Positions 12,072-64,000 of a stretch of 64,000 bases of DNA are shown in pieces (within the stretch, counting starts at the first letter, position 1; each line of letters starts with the position of its first letter). Origin of the DNA: Amoebidium appalachense (Eukaryota; Protista; Ichthyosporea). The position numbers and the translations under genes are program-made. The stretch covers positions 2,186,259 through 2,250,258 of the forward strand of contig CAVNZM010000002.1 of NCBI GenBank assembly GCA_963693365.1, given 5' to 3'. The notes under the pieces were generated by a model. It saw only the letters and a list, made by a program, of their open reading frames with translations, was not told the DNA's origin and searched no databases.

Positions 12072-13289
12072 GTTGCCTTTTCTTACTTACTAACCGCTTA
12101 TATTGACTTTTGTCTGATGTGTTGGCCCATAACCTTGCATGCAGACCTCCGAGATGTGACTAATCTGACAGCTAGAGTTAGGAAATGTCGAACCGAAATC
12201 GGCAGTGCACCTCACACTTACGGGGCAGACCAATCAAGCTCTGATTCGAAAACTTCCTCTTACAATGCTAATGAACAATACGGTTCAGAGTACGCTTACC
12301 ACAAAAAGGTTTACAAACACTACAATAGGTGAAGTCGAGAGGAATAAAGTACGGAAAAAGATATTAAAAAAATCCCGTTTGCAAATTGGTACTCACTGCG
12401 ACCTACTACCAGTGCTGGCGGCGTTTTCCTGCCATCATTCTGTAGTCTAGCGGGACACGGGAAAGTGGTGTGATCAAATTTTCAACGTTTTGCGATGACA
12501 TGAAAGGCTGCTGAATAAATCATAAAAATGAGAAAACTTCTTTTTTTTTTTAAGAGTATTTCTATTTTTTTGGGCTATTACAGTGATATAGACACATTAT
12601 TCCATTGATATGCTAGGCCTGACCTGGTGTGACTGAAGCTCCGGGCCCCCTCGGAGGCTCGGACCTTCTGAGTTGGCGATTGACCGTTCATGAGATCACG
12701 TGCACTCAGGGGGGTGCAAATAAAAAATGGTTCGGCTTTATTTTCTTAGACCTTTGAGAGTCTCAAAAATACTTTCTGTTATTTCATGTACAGGTCTAAT
12801 ATTTAAACAAGATAAATTGGGTCAAAATTTTAACTTTCATAGCGCTTGTAATAGATTTTCTCCACCTATAGGACGGTCTAAGAGTATTTTGCTAAGATAT
12901 AACACTTTGATGGATGATCATTGAAACCCCTTCCAGGTCTGAGGTGCTGCCATCAAGTCGCTCCGATTGGTTGCTCTACTAGGGTGGCTCACAACTGTTT
13001 GCGCAAACGGCCAACACCACAGCTGGGCAAAAACACCATAACTTGTGACCCTCTTGTGACCCAACACCTCAGCTACTGCCAGCGGTACACACACTCTTTC
13101 CAGTTAGAACAAAACTAATGTGGAAGAAAGATACCGCAAAACTACATCAATGATGTACGTACACGTGTATTGCTGCGTATATGCGAACGGAAGAACATAC
13201 AAAAATCAGTGAATGTGCCCAGATGCACCATTGTCAATGATTTGTTGTTGAAGTTTCGAAGTTTCTTTCGTTTTTTTTGTGGTTACTTT

Positions 13290-19395
<6,106 letters not shown>

Positions 19396-20607
19396 TTTTC
19401 TTTTTTCTTTTTTCCTTTTTTGCTTGTTCGTGTTTCTGCTTTATAAGTATGGGCTGCCTAGAACCAAAAATCGTCGTTGTATCTATATCGGTGATGTAAT
19501 AGTTTCCGAATATTGGTCTATGGGTTTTAAAGAGAGTACACGCCCGCTAATAAACACTGATGAGTGAGTGAATAAAATTCTATCCAATTGCACCCAGCAG
19601 TGCAGGGTGCCTGGAAGCATTCAAACAGCACTCAGGATCCTGCTCTTAGAAAAGAAAAAAGTTAGGAAAATGAAAATTATCTTGTATCGATAGGTAGCCA
19701 CACTGTAAGAAGTGCAAAGTTGAGTTTATATTTGAGTTGAAGCTCGATCGACGGTATGAAACACATTCTGCCAGTAAGTGGCAACAGGAGCTGGCAACCG
19801 GTATAAGTTGACTCAGTTGAGATGCGCATGTCCGTGTTCAAGATACGACAGTCATGGCACAGCGAAGTCTGACCTGGCCACCACCTAAGAAGCAGCTAAT
19901 CAGTCAAAAAAGTGTGTCATTTGTATTGCTGTTGTCAAAATATTGTCTGTACACTACATTTGCTTTTACATAGTCAATAATATTGGCAGTGTCCCGATAG
20001 AGCGTCAAGTGTGAATCTTGTATGAACCTTGTCCTGGATGTATCTTGTGCTGGGACAAAGGTGCGTCATTATCCAATGGGTGAATGCATCAAAAATATTC
20101 GACCAATCCGAAATTACTACATGATAGTGATGCTCTTATAACCAACCAAAATGAAGTTTGCAAATTGTAAGATCTTCAAGGACATACCTGCCGACCGTCC
20201 TGCACGGCCACGGTGCACCCGCACAACCCCTGCGCGAGCGCGCGCGCGCGCGCGTGTGTGTGTGTATGTGTGCGTGGTTGGGTGTGTTTGTGCCCATGGA
20301 TCTGTGTATGTCACGGGTGCGTCACGCCACGTGCACAGTGCACGGTGTGCGTGTGCGTGTGCGTGCATGTGCGGGTGTGTGTGCGCGCGTGCGTGCGTGA
20401 GTGCGTGCGTGCGTGCGTGAATCTGCAGCTGTGTGTGTGCGCGCATGTGTCTGTCCGGATCCGCGCGTGTACGGTGTACATGTGTGTGTGTGTGTGTGGG
20501 TGTGCGTCGATGTGCCACGGTGTGCGCATGTTTAACAGTTTGTGTTTGCAAATGGGTGTCTGTGTGTGCGTGCCTACATGTGTATGGGGGGGGGGAGGGG
20601 GGGGGGG

Positions 20608-20701
<94 letters not shown>

Positions 20702-23132
20702 TGCGTGTGTGTGCGTGTGTGCGTGTCTGTGTGTGCGCGCGCGTGTGTGCGGTGCACGGTGCACACGTGTGACCGGGGGGCCGGGACTCCTCATATGCAT
20801 CCCCATCTCAGAGCCGAGTATATGGGCTGACGTGGACGGAAGAGGGTGCATAAACTTTGTTCCTGCATGGACTTAGGGTCAGGACGCCAGACTTGCAGGC
20901 CTGAAGAATCATATAAATGTTCGGAAGAAAAGGCTCAGCTGCTCGGAGGCGTTCTCATAGCCACCTTGTCCCACTAAACAGTTACTACAGTACGTACCCA
21001 GTGTACTGTAGAGCTCCTACTTAGTAACAGGACCTACTACCTGACTGCCCAGGAGAACAACTTCTTGCACAGAATTTGCTGCATATCTTTGTAGATCTGT
21101 TGTTCCAATTGGGTGGGAAAAAAACAGGGGTCGAAACGTTGGGCATGGCTGGCTGCATGTCTGTTTATTGTAGAACGGTTACTTGGGCACCATGCCCGTT
21201 AGAGCAAAAAAAGTGAAATCACACTATCACCTCACGCGTGCCGCTAAAAACAGTTGTAAAGCTACTGGAAGGTGCTTAATACCATAATACCACAATACAC
21301 TCAGGGGCCTCCCCAACTGAGCACCACCCCGCCACCGGCACCACGGGCAAGTAAGCAAAACCTTGTAACCCTGTAACCGAGATCTTGTAGCCAATAGAAG
21401 CATTCCTATTCTATTATTGGTTTGTGCAGGGGATTCTAAATCTGTCTAAGTTATAAACTAATTTAGATTATTTGCTTCGCTCTAGGGAGATCCAGCCAGC
21501 CGAACTGGCGAAATGAAGGGCTGAGTGATCGGCGGTCATATACCAAATCCTGCTTATAATTCTTATAATCAATAATTTGAATAGAAAGGGGGTTTTGCTC
21601 CATTAATAAATAATATGATAAACAAAGGGACAAGCAAATTTGGGTGTCCGGCGCCTATTTCGTAGCGAAAACAGGCAAAAACCATAATTTCATCATACAC
21701 GATCGACCTTGAGGCAAGGTGGTAAGAGGCGATGCAAGACGGGTTTTGATGATTTTAGCGAGTGCCCCGACTGCTTATATCTTTTTGCGCGTCTTTTTAT
21801 TTCCTAAAACTTTTTCTTATGAACAAAAACCAACTTTCTAAGTAAATTTTTTTCTTTTGACTGGATTTATTCGACGGAAAGATATGCAAGTATGCACGGC
21901 ATACTGAGAAGACAATAAAAACTTCACGAGTTATCCAGTAACAAGTGCATACTGAGATACCTGAACACTGTGTGAAAATCATATAAATACTCAATGTGAC
22001 GACCAACAGAATTCAACAAAAAGTCTAAAGTGTTCACATTGCCAGCTAGTGTAGCAGATACCCGTAGGGAAAGAGGTAAAACGCGAAAGAAAAATTCACA
22101 CCTATCAACATGCTTGCGATTAAAAAGGTCAGCACAAAAGTGGCACCAGCGGCGATGAAAACAAGTAAAATCGGGGCCTAACTGCTTTTGAGAGGCTGTC
22201 GGTCTGAGGTTTTGGCCTATCACCGCAAGAGCGGCCCTTACCTTGGCCCTTACTTTTGGTGCAACCAATCACAAGATTCGAATTGTTCCGGTGAGCCATA
22301 TAAGGTTAGCCAGAATTTGAAAAAAATCATTTCTACGGTCTATGCAGGCTTTGATTGGTTAAAAGGCTAAAGTAATGCCCCACTGACCGCGGCCAGATCT
22401 CGTGGTTAGGGTGTAGGCCTTCTCAGGGCCACAGTGCGCGTTGCTTGTGTTGGCAATAGTGAACAAAACATAGGATTGGTGGTTTCTTTATACCGTCTAA
22501 TGCCCTTTATCCAGCTGGTGTTGCAAGGTTGGCTGGGAATTTAATGTAGAGTGTCTGCATACTACAACATATCATCGGAACCTGGGGTCAGCACAGTTAC
22601 ACTTGGTTGGTTTAAAGTCACGAACACAAAGCGGCGTGGATCTAGATCAACTGCAGGGCTCAGGCTCGCCGTTCCCGACCCGGGCTGCATGTTTTTCTTA
22701 TTACCTATGCCTTGCCTTTCAAAGTCGACTTTCAAAGTTTCCACGCTCGTTTGGGGTTACTGAAAAATGACACATTAGTATCGTGACACCGCTCCATAGC
22801 AACGTGGTCCACTCGCACCCACGGCTCTCTCTCTTCGCTGCTACAGCTATATCTGCGCAGCCTTGCTAATTGGGCATGCAGATATGCCGCTTCGCCACAA
22901 GGTGACGGTCCTACAAGTCCTACACACACGGAGCCCCTGCTGGTTTAGATCCCTTCTTATTCCGTCCTTGAACGATTGTGCTCAGGCTTCGCAGCGTTTA
23001 TTGGATGGAGCATCCGGCTCAACGTCCTCGCACGGGTATAAAAGAACAGAACACCAGTTTGTGCCGCACGTACCGTCCCAATATTTGTCTGAGGCGCATG
23101 CACTTGTGCCTGCCACTGTGTAACAGGAAAAA

Positions 23133-35421
<12,289 letters not shown>

Positions 35422-36542
35422 AAAAACAGCTGGGGGAAAGTAGGCGATGATGGGGGAGGAGAGCGGAGAAGGGGTGGGGGGAGAGAGGGGAGAGCAGGGG
35501 GGTCAGGTTCGGTGGATGGACCCAGGGCGCAGAGTGATGTAAATTTGGTGGCGCGGGGGGGGGGGGGGGGGGAAGGATCGATGTCGATTAAGCAGCTTAT
35601 TAGCGGTGTAAAGAACATTTTGAATTATAGTGCATAACTGGGAATTACCTATACGGAACAAAATGAAGTACGGTGTGATTTGGAGCACACGGACACGAAG
35701 TAGGTTAGTTGTTCTACTAAGAAGGTGCATTCATGCATGGGAACTAAGCCCAGGCAGGTACTGAGATCCAACATGCCAGAAAGAAAAAACTCTAAAATCT
35801 CTATGAAATTGCGAAATGATGCGCAGTTCCGGTAACCCCCCCCCCCCCCCCTCCCCCGCCGTGCAGCGTCCCCCCCGGCACTTCCATGTATGTCTTTGAT
35901 CAAGGATGAGTCACTTGAAAAACAGAACAATATGTATGATTTGTGAATGCTTGTTCGCTTCCACGGGATAAGGGATATGGGAGCAAAAGGAGAGATGGAG
36001 TAGCCTGTGCATGTGCAACCTTGCATGTGTGTACATGTGCGTGCGCAAGCGCGTGTGCGTGTGTACACATGTGTGTGTGTGGGCGGGGGCCAATCAGTAA
36101 GTATCTGCCATGTTTTCATACACATACCAGCGCCCCCCCCCTCCCCCCCTCCCCCCCCCCCCCCCCCTTCCGCCCCGGCCGGGCACGCACACACATATGC
36201 CGACGTACAACAGCTACTGGTTCTCCTACAATCAAGGGCCAAATTAAATTCGCATACGTGGACGTTATTAATATTGTTTTATTGTTGTTTTCGTTTTTGC
36301 AACACCAGTGATTCTGCACATGCATAGAGTCAGGACACCAGGCCCAACCATGTGCAAACACACAACATAACAAAAACATAAGAAATGCCTAAGTCATATG
36401 AGCGAAAAACAGTACCTGAAAAGTGTGTTATCATTCATGCATTCATTCAGATATCAGCTGCGGCATTCACCATGGATATACTAATCATTATGGTAGACCC
36501 CTAAGACATCCGGCCCCATCCCCACCAAGACAGTAAGGCCAA

Positions 36543-36592
<50 letters not shown>

Positions 36593-36938
36593 GGGGGGAT
36601 GATATAAGAAAAACCCCACAAAGCACACACGTACCTAAGTGCAGCAGGTCATGATGTCTTGAGCAAAATTTCCATGCAACCGCAAAAGAATAAGCGAAAA
36701 GACGTGATTATTCTTATCCAATACACCCATAGCCTGGGGGGGAAGGGGGGGGGGGGGGGGGGGGGGGGGGGAGAGGGGGGGGGGAGGGGGAGGGGGGCTT
36801 GGCAATCACACATACTGTCCAGGCGATATCTCGTCCTATGTTTGCGAAGCACACCTTCCACCACCATTCACAAAGAAAGAAAATCGGCGCGCGAGTGAAA
36901 AAAAAAAACACAGGAATTCATTATGCCATCAACTCAAA

Positions 36939-36974
<36 letters not shown>

Positions 36975-37499
36975 ATGTAGCAGCTCACCGGGTTTCCACA
37001 CAGGCTCGATAATGACGGTGTTTGTTTCCGCCTACTGCTGTCTCCTTGTGCAAAGTTGCAAGTATAACACCCCCATTTCACTGCTGGGGATTGATGTCCA
37101 GTCAGATTCGGGAACACCGGGAACCAAAAAAATACGGAAATAAAGGGGAGGGGAAGGGAGGGGGAGAGGGGTTGCAGGGAGTGCAAAGTAATTATACACA
37201 TGTGTCAGAGTTCATACTCGTAAATCCACATGGCATAGGTGGGCCACACATTCATAACGATTAGGTACATAAATTCTCCATATTACCCCCCCCCCCCCCC
37301 CCCCCCCCTTCCCCCTTCCGGGAAACTCTCAAGTAAACGCATCCCCCCTCCCCTCCCCTCCCCCCCCCTCCCCCCCTCCCCCCAACTGTGGAAATAGCAG
37401 ACGGGAGGGAAGGGGAAGGGTAAGGGAAAGAGGAAAAGGAAGGGGGAGAAGGGGGGGCGGGGCGGGGGGGGGGGAGGAAGGTAGGGATGTCACTCCTAC

Positions 37500-48343
<10,844 letters not shown>

Positions 48344-48625
48344 CCTTGCTGCCGTTTTCTCGAGCTTAAGGCTGAGCAGAAACGGTTATGTGAAAGGTTT
48401 GCCTCTGATTGGCTGTATGCATCATACTATCCATGCTTGTATTGATCTGCTGCTTGTACCAGTGAATTATGCCGTACCAATAAGGAAAAGAAAGGGGAAC
48501 ATGACTTCCTTTTTATTAGATTTAGAGGCTGCTGCCGTCTAATGAGACGTAATACTATGTGCAATATTCTGCAACATATTAGTGGTCGATATAATATCCA
48601 TACATGTGGCGGGCCACATACATAC

Positions 48626-49751
48626 ATGTGGTGGCGGAAGCTTCAAATCCGAGAGTCCACGCTGAGTCGTTGGGGGGTCGAGGAGGGTGACGGTGCTGCC
48701 ATGGGGGGGGGCAACCAGGTGGCGCGTGGTGCACCACAGCCGGACCCTGCACTGAGGGGCGACTACAAGTTCCTGGCGCAGAAGCAACATGTGGCCATCC
48801 CCTTCCTTCCGGTGCTTACCCCTCAGGAGCGCAAGCTATTCAGCACGCTGCTCCTGGGCACCTACAAGGCACATGCAAAGCCCAACGGCCAGCTGTTCGA
48901 GGCTTTGGCCCAAGACTTCAACAAGGCTGCCTCTGTGGCTGGGGGAATCTACATGAAGGATGCGGCCTACATCAAGAAGCATTTCGACAAGTGGAAGACC
49001 TGGCAGACGGCACATGCACAGCGCTCCACACACGAGGGCCTGGCAGATCACCGCAAGCGTATGCGCGAGGAGAGGGCAGACGCTGTGCCAGCAACCATAC
49101 GGCCTGCCCCCTTGCCACCCCCTCCCTGTTCCAGACGGTGTCGATGCAGGGGCGCAGCGTGAGCGGCCCTTGCCCATGCTAGTGGGCAAAAAGCATCGCA
49201 ACATTGGCCCTGAGGGGCCCCTGCAGATGGATTTGCCGGTGCCCCCTCCTATGCAGCCACCCCAGAGAGCCCCCAAGACCTGCAAGACGTGTGGCCGCCA
49301 GGGCAAGGGCTGCCCCGGCTCCAATCGGGCCAAGAGCTGCCCACGTTGGGTTGCAGCCAATCAGGATGCCATGCCACCAGCACCCGCGCTTGACATGCAG
49401 CAGGGCCATGTGCCGCACATGCCCCCTGCACCCCATCCAGGCCCGCACCACCCACATGGCTGGCCCCCACCGTGGGGCATCATGCCGCCTCAGCCCGGCC
49501 CTGCCTTCCCCATGCCTGGGCTACTGCCGCAGCACGGTCCCCATCCTTACTTGGGCCATGTGGGCCAGCCCTCGGCTGGTGGGCAGTTCCCACCCCCTTC
49601 TCGTGCATCTGCTGTGCTGGGCCTGGCGTTGCCACCTGCTGGAGAGACGCAGCTGCAATGGCACGATCGAAAGCAAAGTAATCGTGGCCGCAAGTCTGCA
49701 GGCAGCCAATCAGGATCTCAGAGTAGTCAGAGTAGCCAAACTAGTGTCTAA
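48626..49751 (+). pseudogene. Intronless, frameshifted ORF fragment, probably the C-terminus of a transposon-associated protein with a Cys knuckle
   Basis: GC-rich, SSR-free, coding-like sequence. Frame 1: DYKFLAQKQHVAIPFLPVLTPQERKLF...FEALAQDFNKAA...GIYMKDAAYIKKHFDKW. After a shift near 49110-49130, frame 2: RAPKTCKTCGRQGKGCPGSNRAKSC followed by a Pro-rich tail. Confidence 0.5.
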
Positions 49752-50191
49752 TATTGGAATGTACACCAATGTAACGGATCTCATATGTGTTGTAGTGCTT
49801 CAAGTTATACCTGTTCTTCGTACAGTCATGTTAGGGGGGGAGGGGGGGGGGGGGGGGGGGGGGGGCTAGCTTTCATTCCGAAGTTTATTGTAAAGAATTA
49901 AAATTTAGAATCTGAGTAATAGTACAGAGCCTTTGCACTTTTCTCTGTTTGTTAGGAATTCTTTGTGATCGAGAGTATGGTGTGTTAGACTATTGGTGTT
50001 AATGTGTCCTGGAAGGTGTATAATGTCTGCTGGCCGTAGTCAGTATCTATTTTTAGGTATATAGTATATTTTTAAATGTTGGCCGCTGGCCAATAAATAG
50101 CAAATAATAAACACACGATAAAGTCAACAGCGTGCCAAAAAACTAATCCCCAGCGAGCGCACCCAGTGATGTGTGTGTGTGTGTGTGTGTC

Positions 50192-50257
<66 letters not shown>

Positions 50258-51589
50258 CGCGCGCGTGCGTGCGTGTGTGTGTGTGTGTGCGTGCGTGCGT
50301 GCGTGTGTGCGTGTGTGCGTGTGTGCGTGTGTGCGTGTGTGTGTGTGAGTGTGTGTGTGTGTGTGTGTATGTGTGGTGTGGTGTGTGCGCGGCTTGTACA
50401 TATGTACGTGTTCATGTGCACCTGTGTCGGACCTACGAAGTACATGAAAGTAAATTTTGACAGCATCGATCTGCCGGTGTGTATGTGTATGTGTGCCAGT
50501 GCAGCAGGTGTGCCTTGTAACTGATAGCTTCGCATTTTACGTGTGTGTATATATAGTAGTACGCATAGACACTTGCTGATCATTCGGATCGACATTAATA
50601 TTTAATCTGTCGGTCCTCGGTTTTTTGAGTGAATGATGATCAAGTGTAAGAGCATTCACTTGGCAAGTATTAATGTTGCAGAGGCTAGCTGCAGCTGCAA
50701 GCGTCGGATGCACACTGACAATTGTCTTTTCAGCGAGTCTAACCTGCAGGCAGCAGCTGCACACATATAGGGTTGTTATCTTGCGGCACATGCACGGTGA
50801 TCATTTCAGAGTAATAGAGTTCAGAGCAATGAAAATAATGAAAATAACTAAACTTTGTGACTACTTTAAAGTTGCTGAGATCATACGTGGTGCAAGCTGC
50901 ACTATGAACACATGTATAGTGCTAGTAATTAATACATTTTTGTTGCCTTCTGCAGGGTTATCGTAGCTACGTCACGGCCTGCACTCAGGGGGGGGGGGAG
51001 GGGGGGGGAGAGGGGGGATGATTCGAAGGGGGTATAAATAAGAACATGCACCTAAAGGTCTTTCCCGTGGATCCTCCCCCCTCCCCCCCCCACCTCTCCC
51101 TCCCCCGGGGCCCCATACTATGATATCTAGGCCCAATATTATATGCCCCTTCCCCCCCCCCCCCCCCCCCCCCCTCCTCTCCGGATCCCCGGACCCCACT
51201 TCCCTACCCGGAGGCTCAAGAGCTCCCCCCTCTCCCCTCTCCCCCCCCCCCCCCCCCCCCCCCCCCCAAGGCTTACGGGGGCCCTTCTTCATCGAGGGGG
51301 AGGGGGTGGGGGTGGGGGGGTGGGGGGAGGGGGTGGGGGGGAGGGAAGTGGAAGGCGGGGGTGGATGCATGTCAGCCTAGGTGAATTCAATTGTTTAACT
51401 CCAGTGTGCAGGACTGGTCTGAAGGCTTAAGAAAACAACGAGGAAATGGGGTCCAGTGGAGGTGGTGGTGGTGTTCTGTGTGTGTGTGTACACGTGCACG
51501 TATGTGTGTGGTTTTTTTAAGGGGTGAGTGGTGGTGGTGGTGGTGGTGGTGGTCACCGTGGTGGTGGTGTGTGTGTCTGGTGTGTGTGT

Positions 51590-51640
<51 letters not shown>

Positions 51641-53044
51641 TAGAAAGAAAAACTGCTCGTGGGTCACTGTTTTTCGTCACTGTATTTGTAACGGGCCGCT
51701 CATATTTATATAACTACTTTAATTTAAGTACACGTGTTCATTATCATATACGATGGCCAAATATAGAAATTTTGGCGTCGAAGTTCTTGGAGCTAAAAAA
51801 ACGTTTAAAAGGGGGAAATAATAGCTTGGCCCCAAATTTACCTTGCCGTTTTTAGCGAATGTATTTTTTATTCATGAGTTCTAGTGATTCAGTGAGTGCA
51901 CGTGCCTGCCTCAGGCTGATCATGACAACTGCAACACACCATTCCTACATGGATATCAACCAAAAGAAAATAGTATATACTGTGGTGGTCTCCTAAACCT
52001 TGTGCGGCATGCGCATACATGATATTACAGTGACGCATGTGCATATTATTGTTCTGTACACCGGAGTGTGCCGGTGCACGTGGCTGTTTTGTGCACATGT
52101 TACAATAGCAGCACGATCTCCCTAAACTCCATGTTTACACATCCCTCACCCTGGCTCTGCCTTGTCGGTGCTCCAAAACACACATACAAATCCCCCTAGA
52201 CTCAGTGCCTGCACATGGTCGCATTCACGTGCAGGTCACGTGACACATGCGATGCCATACTGCCGTCTACAGCAACAACCACGGCAGCATGTATACCGGC
52301 CCAGCACGAAATATACTTATCGGCAGCCCACTGAACTCGCCCATTTTCTCTTTTTCATGTATGTCCCTCCTTTTTTGTAAAATCACCCTTTTTGGCCTCC
52401 CGGTAGTGGATTTTGCAGGATTTGACTTCTTTGAGGTCCAAAAACCTCAAATTTTCCCCGGCGGGGCCGGGGAGGGAGAATTCAAAAATTGCCCGCTCCT
52501 GATATGGTACCCGGGCCGTCGACGAGCATGCGCCGAACTTCGCAGTACTTCGCAGCAGCAGCCAAGCTTTACTGTGACGCTGCGTTTGAATGAGCCCGCC
52601 CAAATTAAAAATCACCTAAACAAGCACTTTGATAGGTTCATTAGGAATTTTGTACCAACTACTTTGCATTCCTAGAAGCATTCCTGCCGTCATAACGTGA
52701 ATGTTCACGTGTTATTGACTCGGCCACCTCTGCCATTCTGCACACAACAGTCACGTTTCTCGCCTGTCTAGCTGTTCAAAAATTCTTTCCTTTCTTCTAT
52801 CTCTGAAAAAATTTACGCCGACGTGACAGTTTGTAGACACTGCACAGCGTTTGTGTCGGTGTTACACTGAGAAGAGAGCGAGAGAAACAGTTGCAGTTCC
52901 GTTGTGGAATTTTCAAAGCCATCTGGTGGGCTCACAGTGACAATAAGAAACCGTGAAGGACTTAAAGTTTTTAACTGAGGGCACCAAATCTCCAGGAAAC
53001 ATCTACCTTTCTTCATACACCTGCAAGGAAGTCTGCACAGTGGT

Positions 53045-53533
53045 ATGGTTTTCTCCTTTGTGCCCAAGCTGGGACCTGCCAGTCCAAGCGCTCCCAACAG
53101 CAAAAAGCTTTTTCTGCTTTTAACATTCCTGTGTCTGGCGGCAATCTCTTCGCTTTTTCTTCGCATTGCACCCGTGTGGACAACAAGCACAAGGACAACA
53201 AACTCCATCGGGCTTTCGTCCACAGACGCAGATACTCGGTCCATACACGCGCAAGACAACAAAAGTCAATTTCAAGGTGAGATCGCGGAAGAACTGAAAA
53301 ACACCCAAGAGCGCAAAACACCAGAGAAAAACACCGATGATGCAAACGCGGAGGTTCTTGCTGCAGTAGCTGCAGTAGCAAAGGCGCCGTGGAACATTGG
53401 TAAAGGCGCAGCTGGGGGAGTAGGCCTTGGCTATGCCAGTGGCCTTGACTTCAACAACATGGGAGGGTCTGACATTATAAAAAGGCTTATGGCCAAGGGG
53501 ATGAGCGGAAGGTTGACTGGCTTAGGTGTCTGA
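53045..53533 (+). CDS. Single-exon 162-aa orphan protein with an N-terminal signal/anchor helix
   Basis: Clean ATG-to-stop ORF in repeat-free sequence. KK-LFLLLTFLCLAAISSLFL hydrophobic segment, then a S/T-rich and charged middle, then a Gly-rich basic C-terminus. Confidence 0.6.
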   Translation: MVFSFVPKLGPASPSAPNSKKLFLLLTFLCLAAISSLFLRIAPVWTTSTRTTNSIGLSSTDADTRSIHAQDNKSQFQGEIAEELKNTQERKTPEKNTDDANAEVLAAVAAVAKAPWNIGKGAAGGVGLGYASGLDFNNMGGSDIIKRLMAKGMSGRLTGLGV

Positions 53534-53649
53534 AACGAGGGCACGGAAAGAAATGATGCAAGTGAGGCGCAAGTGTAGAGTTTACATTTTAACTCAATAG
53601 TATATCTTAGGCATCTTTTGTTGTTGTTGTTGTTGTTGTTTAAAAGGGG

Positions 53650-53689
<40 letters not shown>

Positions 53690-53706
53690 CACGGTAGATG
53701 CATTTT

Positions 53707-53750
<44 letters not shown>

Positions 53751-53783
53751 GTATGGAAGCGCCACCGTAGATGAATTTTCAGT

Positions 53784-53824
<41 letters not shown>

Positions 53825-54414
53825 AATGGAGGCGCCCACGCGATGGATGGACTCCATGTATTCTGCAACTTAATGCGGTAACACCCCATCCACTAGTTTT
53901 AGATGAAGTTAGGCTCTACAGTGCGGGGCCTAAATTCAAATGCCCATCGGCAGAACATATAGATGAGTTGTAACTGTTGCGGTAGCAGTTTGGGCTGAGC
54001 CTGCCAGCAAAGCAGCCCAGGTCTCGAGGATCTGTTTCCTTTTTTTTTTATTTCGATGATGTTGCATACTGATGTGCGTATGTACAAAGGGTTTGTATGG
54101 AAAGTAATGCTGCTGGCAGCTACGTATAACCTATGCATAACAAGTGCGCAATTTTTTAAAGATTGAATTTGATAACACACATCGATGCATCATGAAAACC
54201 TTTCTACTCACTCATTCAAAAATTCGAGGTGGTAATACACAAGGACATCCCCTTGTGCTTTCTAAGGTGCCTTTATTTACGCAACAACATACATTCACGA
54301 GCAAGGTTAATTTAAGCTCTCAACAGAAAACGTGCCCATCATCGACCCATGCCAAGGGCAAACACACCAATCCAGAACTCGACGGTGCATACGTGCATAG
54401 AACACAGAGGACCC

Positions 54415-54456
<42 letters not shown>

Positions 54457-54607
54457 AAAAAAAAGAAAAAAACCTTCCCCCCCCTTTCACAGGGCACACA
54501 CACAACACACACGCCCTCATCACTTCCCCCTGTAAGCCCATGGCTCCATTGATCGACAAAGAAAAAAAGGAAACGAAAACAACAATTTATAAAGGAGGGG
54601 AGCACGT

Positions 54608-63760
<9,153 letters not shown>

Positions 63761-63780
63761 ACTAGTGTGCGGTCCATGTA

Positions 63781-63837
<57 letters not shown>

Positions 63838-64000
63838 GCGTGTGCGTGTGCGTGTGCGTGTGCGTGTGTGCGCGTGTTGTGTGTGTGTGTTGTGTGTGTG
63901 TGTGTGCATGCGTGCGTGCGTGTGTGTGCCTGTGTGTCGTATGTGTGACCAGGGGGGAAGAGGGTGAGGGGGGGGGGGGAGGGGGGGGTCGGTTCGAAAA

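Noticed and set aside
12690-12710. CACGTG E-box upstream of the bHLH gene (possible autoregulation)
   Set aside because: CACGTG is very frequent in this CA/GT-rich window, so a single site is uninformative.
21924-22744. Short minus-strand ORFs (114 aa and 60 aa)
   Set aside because: No recognisable motifs or supporting splice structure.

Overview
Intron-rich eukaryotic DNA. Its introns are saturated with (CA/GT)n, (GA)n and poly-G/poly-C tracts, so almost all ORFs in the supplied track are artefacts. The gene content suggests an opisthokont, possibly a unicellular holozoan (inference only). Manual splicing of GT/GC-AG exons gives five multi-exon genes. (1) A minus-strand gene (12071 to 403 or beyond) in which 15 phase-compatible exons join a Max/Mlx-like bHLH domain, a PB1-like domain and a Sec14/CRAL-TRIO lipid-binding domain; this candidate lipid-sensing transcription factor is the main finding. 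(2) A GPI-anchored CE4 polysaccharide deacetylase-like protein with degenerate metal ligands. (3) A secreted PA-domain/PNGase F-like protein with three GC-AG introns. (4) SAS-6. (5) The 3' part of SCFD2. The window also holds an intronless orphan membrane-anchored ORF, a frameshifted transposon-like relic, a foldback (MITE-like) element and a dispersed structured repeat with covarying stems. All gene models were derived by eye and need RNA-seq and HMM confirmation.
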